Shown piece after piece: positions 44,412 through 52,678 of a stretch of 64,000 bases of DNA; the first letter of the stretch is position 1; every line of letters begins with the position of its first letter. The DNA is from an uncultured Bacteroidales bacterium (lineage in GTDB: Bacteria > Bacteroidota > Bacteroidia > Bacteroidales > FEN-979), in the NCBI GenBank assembly GCA_903885595.1, contig CAISJJ010000068.1:10671-74670 (forward strand). Reading direction: 5' to 3'. The position numbers were made by a program, and so were the translations under genes. Below the pieces are notes generated by a model. It worked only from the letters and a program-made list of their open reading frames with translations, ran no database searches and had not been told where the DNA came from.

Positions 44412-45598
44412 TTTTCATCATTTTTATAACTGTGTTCCGTATGGATGAATTCTTTATTACTTCCCCGTATTTTAAAAATGATCATAACCATCAGAAAGAA
44501 CACTTTTGGAAGGGAAATCAATGCCATAAGTGTTTTTTTGCTCCAGAATTTTTGGGGAACTGAAATTACCAGGGTGGTTAAGATCATGATTAACAAACCC
44601 AACCAGCAATATTGAAAGCGTGGATTTGGAATGAACAGGTTCAATAAATTCACAAGAACGAGTATGCCCAACAGCATCACACGGGGAGGAAGGGAGAATT
44701 GCAGGGTCTTATCAAAATAGTCAAAATTACGATGGGCGATTAAGTGCCAGACAGACACGATAAAATCTCTGCCGAAAAAGTAAAACTGTGCATAAATCCA
44801 GCGTTTGCGTTGTTTGTAAAACACGCTTGCATTCTGAACTTTCTCGTCCAGGACATAAGCATCCTGAAGATATTCAATTTTAACCTTTTCGCGTAAGATC
44901 AACAATTCAAGTTCTTTGTCAAAACCACCTATGGCGCTTAACTGCGGGATGTATCGCCTGAACAGCTGGGCGTCGAAAACCATGGCGGAGCCGATCAATG
45001 CAGATGAAATGCCGAAAAGACGATGTCCTGCCCTGAAAATGTTATTATTGATCTCTTCACTGATCGCATCCAGCAGGGCAAAGGATGTATTGGTGTTTTT
45101 GGCAATACGATGGCATTGAATGACTTTATAACGAGACTCGCTTGCCATGTTGATTTTGTCGAGAAAATGATCTTCCATAATATTATCTGCATCGAGCACC
45201 AGTATCAGGTCGGTATCAGCACGGAGATGATTCAATGCAATCTGCAGCGATTTAGCTTTTGTACTGTATTCAAAATGTGCTTCAACAAGGGTAATGGGTA
45301 AAATTCTGAGCAATTCAAGTGTTTCGGTTTTAAATGAGTCGGCTATCAGAATTATGCTGAAGGAAGAAGTGGGATAATCCTGGTTCAGCGCCGATTTGAT
45401 CACTTCAATAATCACCGGATCTTCCATAAAAGCCGGAATGACTATACTGATATGTCTTTTTTTAGATACCGGATATTTTTTGTCTTTCCCTCTCAGGAGA
45501 CCTGCAACTGCGAAGACCAGTAAATAAAGAGATGCCCCACCTAAATAGGCCAGAACAATGAGCTGCAGGATATGTAGGATTGATCTGATATGTTCCAT
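44408..45598 (-). CDS. multi-TM family-2 glycosyltransferase, processive-synthase-like (QRKRW motif)
   Basis: 396 aa. It has an N-terminal TM and a GT-A core (IVIPAFMED, LDADNIM, FDKELEL), then KQRKRW followed by four predicted TM helices. It is a paralogue of the next gene. Confidence 0.8.
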   Translation of the reverse strand: MEHIRSILHILQLIVLAYLGGASLYLLVFAVAGLLRGKDKKYPVSKKRHISIVIPAFMEDPVIIEVIKSALNQDYPTSSFSIILIADSFKTETLELLRILPITLVEAHFEYSTKAKSLQIALNHLRADTDLILVLDADNIMEDHFLDKINMASESRYKVIQCHRIAKNTNTSFALLDAISEEINNNIFRAGHRLFGISSALIGSAMVFDAQLFRRYIPQLSAIGGFDKELELLILREKVKIEYLQDAYVLDEKVQNASVFYKQRKRWIYAQFYFFGRDFIVSVWHLIAHRNFDYFDKTLQFSLPPRVMLLGILVLVNLLNLFIPNPRFQYCWLGLLIMILTTLVISVPQKFWSKKTLMALISLPKVFFLMVMIIFKIRGSNKEFIHTEHSYKNDEK

Positions 45599-45607
45599 AC
45601 GTATCTG

Positions 45608-46810
45608 TTATTTAGGTGTACTGATATCTTTTTGTACAGTATGTGTCGTATGACCAAAACCCCGTTTGGCTTTGAAGATCCGGAAGAGTGAACCAAGCAT
45701 GAAGATGAACCCTTGAGGAAGGACAAGTACCGCTTTTAAGGTCTCGATGTTAAAGTAGGGACCTGGGATTGAGATTAGCAGCATGAAGGTACACAAAGCC
45801 GTAAGTGCAATCCAGCCAATGGCTATTGGCAATGGGTTAAATAAAAACGAGAGAAGTGAGATAATGACAAGGAAACCCATCAGGAAGATCCTGGGAGGCA
45901 AAAACTGTTGAAATACTTTGTCGAAATAATCAACATTTCCTCTGACAAATAACTCTTTTAAACTTGAAATAAAGTATTGTCGTGCATAAATGAATTGGTT
46001 TGCCAACCACCTGGTTCGCTGAACCATAAATACCTGTGATTTTTGAACTTTTTCGTCGTAAACATATGCATTTTCACAATACTCGATACGTTTCCTGTCT
46101 CTTAAAAGTTTAATTTCCAATTCTTTGTCTTCTCCAAATGAGTCAATGGTTGACATATAATCTTTAAACATTTTATAATCGAAAGCCATGCCGCTGCCGA
46201 TCAGGGCTGATGATAGCCCGATTACGCGATGACCTTTGCGAAAAATGTGGTTGTTGATCTCTTCACTTACTGAATCAAGCACAGCGAAGGATGTATTTCT
46301 GTTTTTGGCTTTGCGGTGTCCCTGAATAGCAACAAATCCACTGGAAAGTGCAGCATTCATTTTTGTTATAAAGTCCTGTGCCATTATATTATCGGCATCA
46401 AGAATGATAACGGCATCATAAATGTCGGGCAGGATGCTCATGGTTTTATTTAATGCCCTTGATTTGGAGCTTTTTTCAAATGACACTTCAATCACCTTGA
46501 CAGGTAACTTGCGAAGTTCGTCAATGGTCGTTTGCTGAAATGAATCGGCAATGATGATCACATCAAATTGGGAAGGTGGATAGTCCTGGTGCAGAGCCTG
46601 TTTTGCAACTTCGATAATCACGGCATCTTCCTTGTATCCCGGGATCAGGACTGCGAACTTGCGGGTCACTTTATCCTTAACAGGTTTCAGAGTATATCGG
46701 AAAAGCCCTGAAATAGAGAAAATGGAAAAATAAAGTGCGGCAATAAAGAAATAAAAAAACACGATTGCTTCAAGAGCCAGGAGTGCAAAACAGAGGTAAT
46801 CTTTTGCCAT
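45608..46810 (-). CDS. multi-TM family-2 glycosyltransferase, processive-synthase-like (QRTRW motif)
   Basis: 400 aa with the same architecture as 44408..45598 (VLIPGYKED, LDADNIM, GEDKELE, VQRTRW, C-terminal TM bundle). Confidence 0.8.
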   Translation of the reverse strand: MAKDYLCFALLALEAIVFFYFFIAALYFSIFSISGLFRYTLKPVKDKVTRKFAVLIPGYKEDAVIIEVAKQALHQDYPPSQFDVIIIADSFQQTTIDELRKLPVKVIEVSFEKSSKSRALNKTMSILPDIYDAVIILDADNIMAQDFITKMNAALSSGFVAIQGHRKAKNRNTSFAVLDSVSEEINNHIFRKGHRVIGLSSALIGSGMAFDYKMFKDYMSTIDSFGEDKELEIKLLRDRKRIEYCENAYVYDEKVQKSQVFMVQRTRWLANQFIYARQYFISSLKELFVRGNVDYFDKVFQQFLPPRIFLMGFLVIISLLSFLFNPLPIAIGWIALTALCTFMLLISIPGPYFNIETLKAVLVLPQGFIFMLGSLFRIFKAKRGFGHTTHTVQKDISTPK

Positions 46811-46890
46811 AAGATGGTTGTTTATGAAAAAATCAGATGAGCTGCTGAAGCAAAGTTAAATATAAATCAAACCGAATACAATATCACCAT

Positions 46891-47814
46891 TTATAAATAA
46901 GGATTGTCATGTATTTCAGAACTGATTGATCTTTTCAGATGCCAACCGATAGCCCTGACATATGCATAAAACAATGAAAATTTGCCCTTAATCAGAAATT
47001 TCAGTGCATTCCTTGGAATTGCAACCATTAGCTGATACAGTATTCCTATTAAAAAATCAATCCCAAAAACATTTCTCCGCATAAATACGATGCGGTTGCG
47101 GTTCAGATAATATATTTTCATGGGGCTTAATTTCCCCACCGAGATTGACTCTTTATGATAAACCAGCGAATTATGGACATAGAATATTTTATAACCGGCC
47201 CTTTTGATTCGGTAACTCCAATCGGCTTCTTCATAATAAAGAAAAAAAATGTACGACATCAGCCCAACCTCTTTAATAACCCGCATGGGCACCATCATAG
47301 AAGCGCCATGTGCATAGGGGGTTTCATGATCGCGGTCATGCTGTCCCTTATCTTTTTCTTTATGACCAATGGCGAAATTACGCATGGTCCGGTGGTTGAT
47401 CGGGGTATAGCCAGCGTATTGTATTAAATTACGATCGTAATAGTAACGGAGTTTTGAACTGACAGCGCCAATGGTTTTATCCCTCTCCAATTTATCTACC
47501 AGCGGTTCAAGAAATCCCTTATCAACAATAGTATCATTATTCAACAGCAGCACATATTCACCCCGGGCACGCATGATACCCTGGTTATTGCCACCTGCAA
47601 ATCCATAATTGATGATACTCTCGTAAAGGATTATCGAAGGGAAACGCTGTTTAATAATCTTGGGGTTATCAGAAGGAGAGGCATTGTCGATGATGATGAT
47701 TTCAATATTTGGATAGGATATTTTAGTCAGTGATTCAATAAACTCGCACGTATCCTCTGACCCGTTGTAATTAACCGAAACAATAGAAACAAGCGGATAG
47801 TTTTTTTGTGCCAT
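46891..47814 (-). CDS. family-2 glycosyltransferase (soluble type, WcaA/rhamnosyltransferase-like)
   Basis: 307 aa. Contains VSIVSVNYNG, LLNNDT and YYEEADW. It is a paralogue of the next gene. Confidence 0.85.
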   Translation of the reverse strand: MAQKNYPLVSIVSVNYNGSEDTCEFIESLTKISYPNIEIIIIDNASPSDNPKIIKQRFPSIILYESIINYGFAGGNNQGIMRARGEYVLLLNNDTIVDKGFLEPLVDKLERDKTIGAVSSKLRYYYDRNLIQYAGYTPINHRTMRNFAIGHKEKDKGQHDRDHETPYAHGASMMVPMRVIKEVGLMSYIFFLYYEEADWSYRIKRAGYKIFYVHNSLVYHKESISVGKLSPMKIYYLNRNRIVFMRRNVFGIDFLIGILYQLMVAIPRNALKFLIKGKFSLFYAYVRAIGWHLKRSISSEIHDNPYL

Positions 47815-47847
47815 GTTTACAGGTTCTATGTGTTTCAGTATTCATTT

Positions 47848-48795
47848 TCAGTTAAGACGCGGACTTTGATAAAGTTCAGGGTTATGTAAATTCTTTATGT
47901 GCCAGATGATAGCCCTGGCATAGGCGATAAAAAGTCTGAATTTGCCTTTTAGCAGAAAAACAGCCAGGTTTTTGGGAATGGCAATAAATACCTGATAAAA
48001 CAGTGACGCGATAGCTATCATTCCATGAACATTCCGACGCATATAGAGCAATCGGTTCCTGTTTAGGTAGAAGATTTTCAATGGACTCATTGTTCCTGTT
48101 GTGATAGAGTCCTTATGAAATACCAGGGAGCTGTGAACGTAAAAGATTTTATATTTTGCATCCTTGATCCGCTGCATCCAGTCCATCTCTTCATAATAAA
48201 GGAAAAAAATGTCGGCCATTAAGCCAACCTCCTTCATGACTTTCATTGGTATAACCATAGCAGCTCCGAATGCATAATTTGTCTGCGCATCTGAATCATA
48301 CTGTCCATGGTCGATTTCATTAAAACCAATCCCGTTGTTACGGATTGTGATCGGATTTATGGGGGTGAACCCTGCGTACTGAATGGTATCGGGAGTGAAA
48401 AAATATCTGATTTTCGGGCTTACAACACCAATTTCAGGATTGTTTTCCAATTTAGCAATCAAAGGCTCAAGGAACCCGGAATCAACTTCCGTATCATTGT
48501 TTATCAACAAGGCGTATTTTCCTTTTGCGACCCGGATCCCCAGGTTGTTTCCTCCGGCAAATCCAAGGTTCAGATCACTTTTAATTAAAGTGATATAAGG
48601 GTACTTTTCAAGGATTATGTCAGGATTTTTTGAAGGGGAGGCGTTATCTACAACGATAATTTCGATTGACGGATAGGTTATGTGCGTAAGTGATTCAAGA
48701 AGATCGCAGGTTATTTCCGGCTGATTGTAATTGACCGTAATTATAGAAACCAAAGGAAAATTTAAAAGTGGTTTCTCAATCATAATTTCTGACAA
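47848..48795 (-). CDS. family-2 glycosyltransferase (soluble type), tandem paralogue
   Basis: 315 aa. Contains VSIITVNYNQ, LINNDT and YYEEMDW. It is collinear with the 46891..47814 product. Confidence 0.85.
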   Translation of the reverse strand: MSEIMIEKPLLNFPLVSIITVNYNQPEITCDLLESLTHITYPSIEIIVVDNASPSKNPDIILEKYPYITLIKSDLNLGFAGGNNLGIRVAKGKYALLINNDTEVDSGFLEPLIAKLENNPEIGVVSPKIRYFFTPDTIQYAGFTPINPITIRNNGIGFNEIDHGQYDSDAQTNYAFGAAMVIPMKVMKEVGLMADIFFLYYEEMDWMQRIKDAKYKIFYVHSSLVFHKDSITTGTMSPLKIFYLNRNRLLYMRRNVHGMIAIASLFYQVFIAIPKNLAVFLLKGKFRLFIAYARAIIWHIKNLHNPELYQSPRLN

Positions 48796-48838
48796 TTAAT
48801 TGTGTAAATATTTATAGTTAACGTCTTAAGAAAAGTGA

Positions 48839-48979
48839 CTATTTTTCCATCATGTGACGGAGATGTTCCTCCTCCTTGGCTTTTTCTATTTTTTTTCTGT
48901 ATTGATACATTGCGGTTATATATCCGATTGGGGCGGCAATGAGCAGGCCAATGACCATATGTACAACAACACCTTCCAT
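48839..48979 (-). CDS. possible 46-aa small membrane protein (below the ORF-track threshold)
   Basis: My own translation is MEGVVVHMVIGLLIAAPIGYITAMYQYRKKIEKAKEEEHLRHMMEK. It has one hydrophobic helix and a charged tail. The ATG lies 3 nt after the upstream Wzy-like stop and fills an otherwise unexplained 187-nt gap in a tightly packed operon. Confidence 0.3.
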   Translation of the reverse strand: MEGVVVHMVIGLLIAAPIGYITAMYQYRKKIEKAKEEEHLRHMMEK

Positions 48980-48982
48980 TTT

Positions 48983-50470
48983 TTAAACTGATAATTGAGG
49001 TTGATTTTCCAAGGAACTTTCTGCCAGTTGCTCGTCAAGGTCAGGCGCAATAAATACGTATGCCATACTTGCATATATCAGCAATCCCGTAGGAAACTGT
49101 CCAAGAACTGCATTCCCGTAACTCGCTATAATAATACCGAATATACCAGCCAAAAGGGCTCCTGTTTTAACAAATAAATCCTGGTTTTTAATCTCGAACA
49201 TACAGATAAAGGTTCCCTTGCCAATGATAAACCCGATGATGAACAGGTGAATATACAATCCGACAATTCCGGTTTCGGCCCATATCAGCACAAACCAGCT
49301 GTCGGTAGCAACATTTGCCAGGAAAGCGTCAGGTGTATATTGCAATGCCCTGTTTCCTGCGTGCCCGATACCTCCTCCGAAGGGCCTGGTCTTCAGATAT
49401 TGTTCAAAAAGCCGCTGATTTGCCAGACGAACCTGGTAAGAGGCATCTTCTTCAGGAACGAAGGCGGTTCGCATACGGTAAATCTGGTAGTTGGAATTGC
49501 CTATATAGGTAAAACGGAAGAATGAATAAAAAAGCAAAAAGAGGATGCTTCCAATAAAAATAACCTTAATGTTTTTCCGGAGAATCATGTATAGGAATAA
49601 TCCGGCCATAGGAACAAAAATGGCGCCGCGTGTACCCGAGCTTGACATTCCGTAGTACCCGGCGATCATGACCACAATCCAAAAAAAACGCTTTTTTGTA
49701 TCTTTTTCGTTAAACATCAGTATCGTTGCGATCAAACCGATTTGTGCCTGGGCAGCTCCAAACTGGCCTGCATCGGTATAGAAAGAAAATGCACGCAGAT
49801 TCCCGAGCAGGATATGGGTGACAGCACCACCTCCTTCATAAAGCCAGCGTTCTTCCCACGCATCGGGTCCTATGTTTATTTGTATCCATGCTTTAACGGA
49901 AGCAAGAATCGAGAAAATTCCCCAAATTATCAGAAATTTATCAAGGTGGCGGGGCGAGTTATACAGCATGAATACCAGCGGGATGGTCAGAAGCATGTAT
50001 AACCCGATCCCGCGAAATGAAGCAAACCATGCAGCTTTACTGATGGCTTCCGGATTAAACAACTCCATGCAAATGTAAATAAACCAGATGGCTGCCAGGA
50101 TGACAAGATCAAGTTTTAAGGACTTTATTGGCCATCTTCTGTCAAAATAATGAAAGAAAATAGAAATATAAATTACTACAAGGGTGATATCCATTACATA
50201 ACCAAGTTTAATGGGCAGATAACGCGTAAGTCCCATTAAAATGAAATTAATAATGAAGGCAAAGGTGAGCCCAAGTTCAGGCTTTGCAATTAACCGGTTC
50301 AGGGCATAAGCAAGAAATGGTAAAACCATCAATACAGATGCTACCGTAAATCCACCTCTGGCAATTACAAAACCGATCCCGACTGACATAACGAGTACTG
50401 AGCCAATCAGAAATGGATCTTTCAGACGGTCGGAGCCTGTTCTGTAATAAAATGGATTAATCTGATTCAC
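48983..50470 (-). CDS. O-antigen ligase/polymerase (Wzy-like) family membrane protein
   Basis: 495 aa with about 11-12 predicted TM helices and a large loop. The composition is typical of the Wzy_C family. The start codon is GTG. Confidence 0.7.
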   Translation of the reverse strand: MNQINPFYYRTGSDRLKDPFLIGSVLVMSVGIGFVIARGGFTVASVLMVLPFLAYALNRLIAKPELGLTFAFIINFILMGLTRYLPIKLGYVMDITLVVIYISIFFHYFDRRWPIKSLKLDLVILAAIWFIYICMELFNPEAISKAAWFASFRGIGLYMLLTIPLVFMLYNSPRHLDKFLIIWGIFSILASVKAWIQINIGPDAWEERWLYEGGGAVTHILLGNLRAFSFYTDAGQFGAAQAQIGLIATILMFNEKDTKKRFFWIVVMIAGYYGMSSSGTRGAIFVPMAGLFLYMILRKNIKVIFIGSILFLLFYSFFRFTYIGNSNYQIYRMRTAFVPEEDASYQVRLANQRLFEQYLKTRPFGGGIGHAGNRALQYTPDAFLANVATDSWFVLIWAETGIVGLYIHLFIIGFIIGKGTFICMFEIKNQDLFVKTGALLAGIFGIIIASYGNAVLGQFPTGLLIYASMAYVFIAPDLDEQLAESSLENQPQLSV

Positions 50471-50491
50471 AATTAAAATTACAAAAAATAA

Positions 50492-51298
50492 TCATTTGAA
50501 TGAATTAATTTTTTTAACTGCCATATTCATGTTATCGACCAGCACAAATTCAAACTCGTTCCGTGGATTAAAATAGGTTTTGATCTCATCCAGCCCACTC
50601 AGTTTCCACTCGATGATGAACAGCAGATCAGGATGCCCGCTTATGAAATTCATCGCTCCAGCAAGCACTTCCGGTTCCATACCCTCTGTGTCGATTTTGA
50701 TCATGATCTTGTCAGTTTTGTTTAATTTCAGCTGGTCTGTTACTGAATCAAACGTTCTGATTTCAACTTTTTCTATTTTTTTCAGTCCCACGATGGAATG
50801 ATCGTAATGCGTTGAAGCGGCCAAGTGGGAAGCTCCGGTGTTTATTGTTTCGAAAATGAAGTCCTCTTCACTGTTACTTGATCCAAGTCCAAAATTAAAC
50901 GGTGTGATTTTATGTCCGAGGTCATTTAACAGGATATTGATTTTTAAAGCAGAATAATTTTCTTTCGCTGGTTCAAATGCAAAGCATTGCAAACCCATTT
51001 TTGCCATGAGGACACTATAGGTGCCAATGTTTGCGCCAATGTCGATAAATACGTTGTACTCCTTGTAATGTTTGAAGAAAAACTGTTTTACATTCCATTC
51101 GTAGGCATAATTAGCAAACTGAAAGTCCAGAGTTCCCTTGCGTGAAAAAAAAAGTCCGATGCTGCTTTTGTATAGCCGGTTTCTACTGGTGGTCCTTTTG
51201 AATATGATGTATTTAATGGAGGTCAGGAGAAACAGGTATTCGCCATGCTTCATGTAATCAATTAAATAGCGATAAAAAGTTACCAGTTTTACAATCAT
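50492..51298 (-). CDS. FkbM-family methyltransferase
   Basis: 268 aa. Contains FIDIGANIGTYSV and CFAFEP. The C-terminal IKIDTEG.E..VL.G is the FkbM family signature. Confidence 0.8.
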   Translation of the reverse strand: MIVKLVTFYRYLIDYMKHGEYLFLLTSIKYIIFKRTTSRNRLYKSSIGLFFSRKGTLDFQFANYAYEWNVKQFFFKHYKEYNVFIDIGANIGTYSVLMAKMGLQCFAFEPAKENYSALKINILLNDLGHKITPFNFGLGSSNSEEDFIFETINTGASHLAASTHYDHSIVGLKKIEKVEIRTFDSVTDQLKLNKTDKIMIKIDTEGMEPEVLAGAMNFISGHPDLLFIIEWKLSGLDEIKTYFNPRNEFEFVLVDNMNMAVKKINSFK

Positions 51299-52677
51299 TT
51301 GATTCTTTTTGCAAGAAGCCGTATAGCATTTTCTTTGTAAAAAGCATATCCTTTTCTGAATATTTCAAAGAAGGAGATATCTATTTCCTGTTTCAAAAAT
51401 TTATAGCCGATAAAAATTCCGATGAGTGCAAAAACTATTGATGCAAGAGCTACAAATAACAACAGGGTTGTTACAGGGAGTTCAGGGAACAGGTAATGCA
51501 TTCCGAATACCGCAAATATATCACCCAGGATATTGGCAGATGTCATAAAGAGAACTTTCTGAAAATTTCGCTGTGGTTTATTGAGGCTATCCAGGGCGAC
51601 ACCGGTAAAACGGTCCAAAGGTAGCAGGGTACAATATACAACGAACACGATCATGATGTAGGATATCTCAGTAAGCGATGCCATGTATTGGGTTCCACCG
51701 ATAATAATGATAAACAACTTATTAAAGAAGAGACCAAGGATTGCTATAGCAATAAAAAGGAAAACAACGATTCCCGTGTACGAATAAAAGATTTCACGGA
51801 ATTTGTTCTGGTCATTATCAAGACTTGCTTTTGATAATTTGGGAAAAGCGGTAGTGGCAAAACTGATGAGTGGAATTTCAATGAGCTCAACATACTTGAG
51901 AGGGATTGCATATAAGGCAACGCCAATCGGACCGCAATAGGCGCTGAAGGAGATAATAAAACTATCGGCTCCTTTAAGCAGGCTGCTACCAACTTTGGTT
52001 CCCATTGAAAACTGGCCATACCTGAGAACCTCCTTCATCTTAATCCAAGAGATGTGTCTGAAAAATTCAATCCCTGTCCATTTTTTTATAAGGCAGAAAG
52101 CTGAAGTTGCAAAATTAGTCAGCAGATAAATCATCACAACTACAGTGATGTTTATTTTGATCAGGAAGTAGGCAGCGAAAATTATAATAAGAAAGGAGCA
52201 CAGGTTAAAAAAACGGATCCAGAATATTCTTTTGAAATTCAATTCAGCCTGGAAGATTGTCCAGGCGTAATTCCAGGGAAGGTTAATGAGCGCAAGGACC
52301 GGATACCAGTAACAAAAAACATCATAACCACTGCTATTCAGTGCATCGGGAATGAGGAATGTCAGACTCCACAGGATAATAGTGATTGGAATCAGGATTA
52401 AAAAACCGATGGCCCAACTGGAACCCAGGTAATACTTCCGGTCCGTTTCGGTAGGTGAGGATAAAAACCTTACCAGTGCTTCTTTACTGAGTCCAAACCG
52501 CATCATATCAATCAGGGAGGCAGGAGCGGTGAACAACACCCATTTACCGAAATCAGGGATGGAGAGCATGCGCATCAGGATCATAAAAGATAAAAGACCC
52601 ATGACAGCGGTGGAAAAATTTGCCGCTAAAGATAGAAAGTTTAGATCATTGACTAATTTAGATAGTGTCTTTTTCAA
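51295..52677 (-). CDS. oligosaccharide flippase (Wzx / polysaccharide biosynthesis protein family)
   Basis: 460 aa with about 12 TM helices of MOP-superfamily composition. It overlaps the FkbM gene by ATGA. Confidence 0.8.
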   Translation of the reverse strand: MKKTLSKLVNDLNFLSLAANFSTAVMGLLSFMILMRMLSIPDFGKWVLFTAPASLIDMMRFGLSKEALVRFLSSPTETDRKYYLGSSWAIGFLILIPITIILWSLTFLIPDALNSSGYDVFCYWYPVLALINLPWNYAWTIFQAELNFKRIFWIRFFNLCSFLIIIFAAYFLIKINITVVVMIYLLTNFATSAFCLIKKWTGIEFFRHISWIKMKEVLRYGQFSMGTKVGSSLLKGADSFIISFSAYCGPIGVALYAIPLKYVELIEIPLISFATTAFPKLSKASLDNDQNKFREIFYSYTGIVVFLFIAIAILGLFFNKLFIIIIGGTQYMASLTEISYIMIVFVVYCTLLPLDRFTGVALDSLNKPQRNFQKVLFMTSANILGDIFAVFGMHYLFPELPVTTLLLFVALASIVFALIGIFIGYKFLKQEIDISFFEIFRKGYAFYKENAIRLLAKRIK

Positions 52678-52678
52678 C

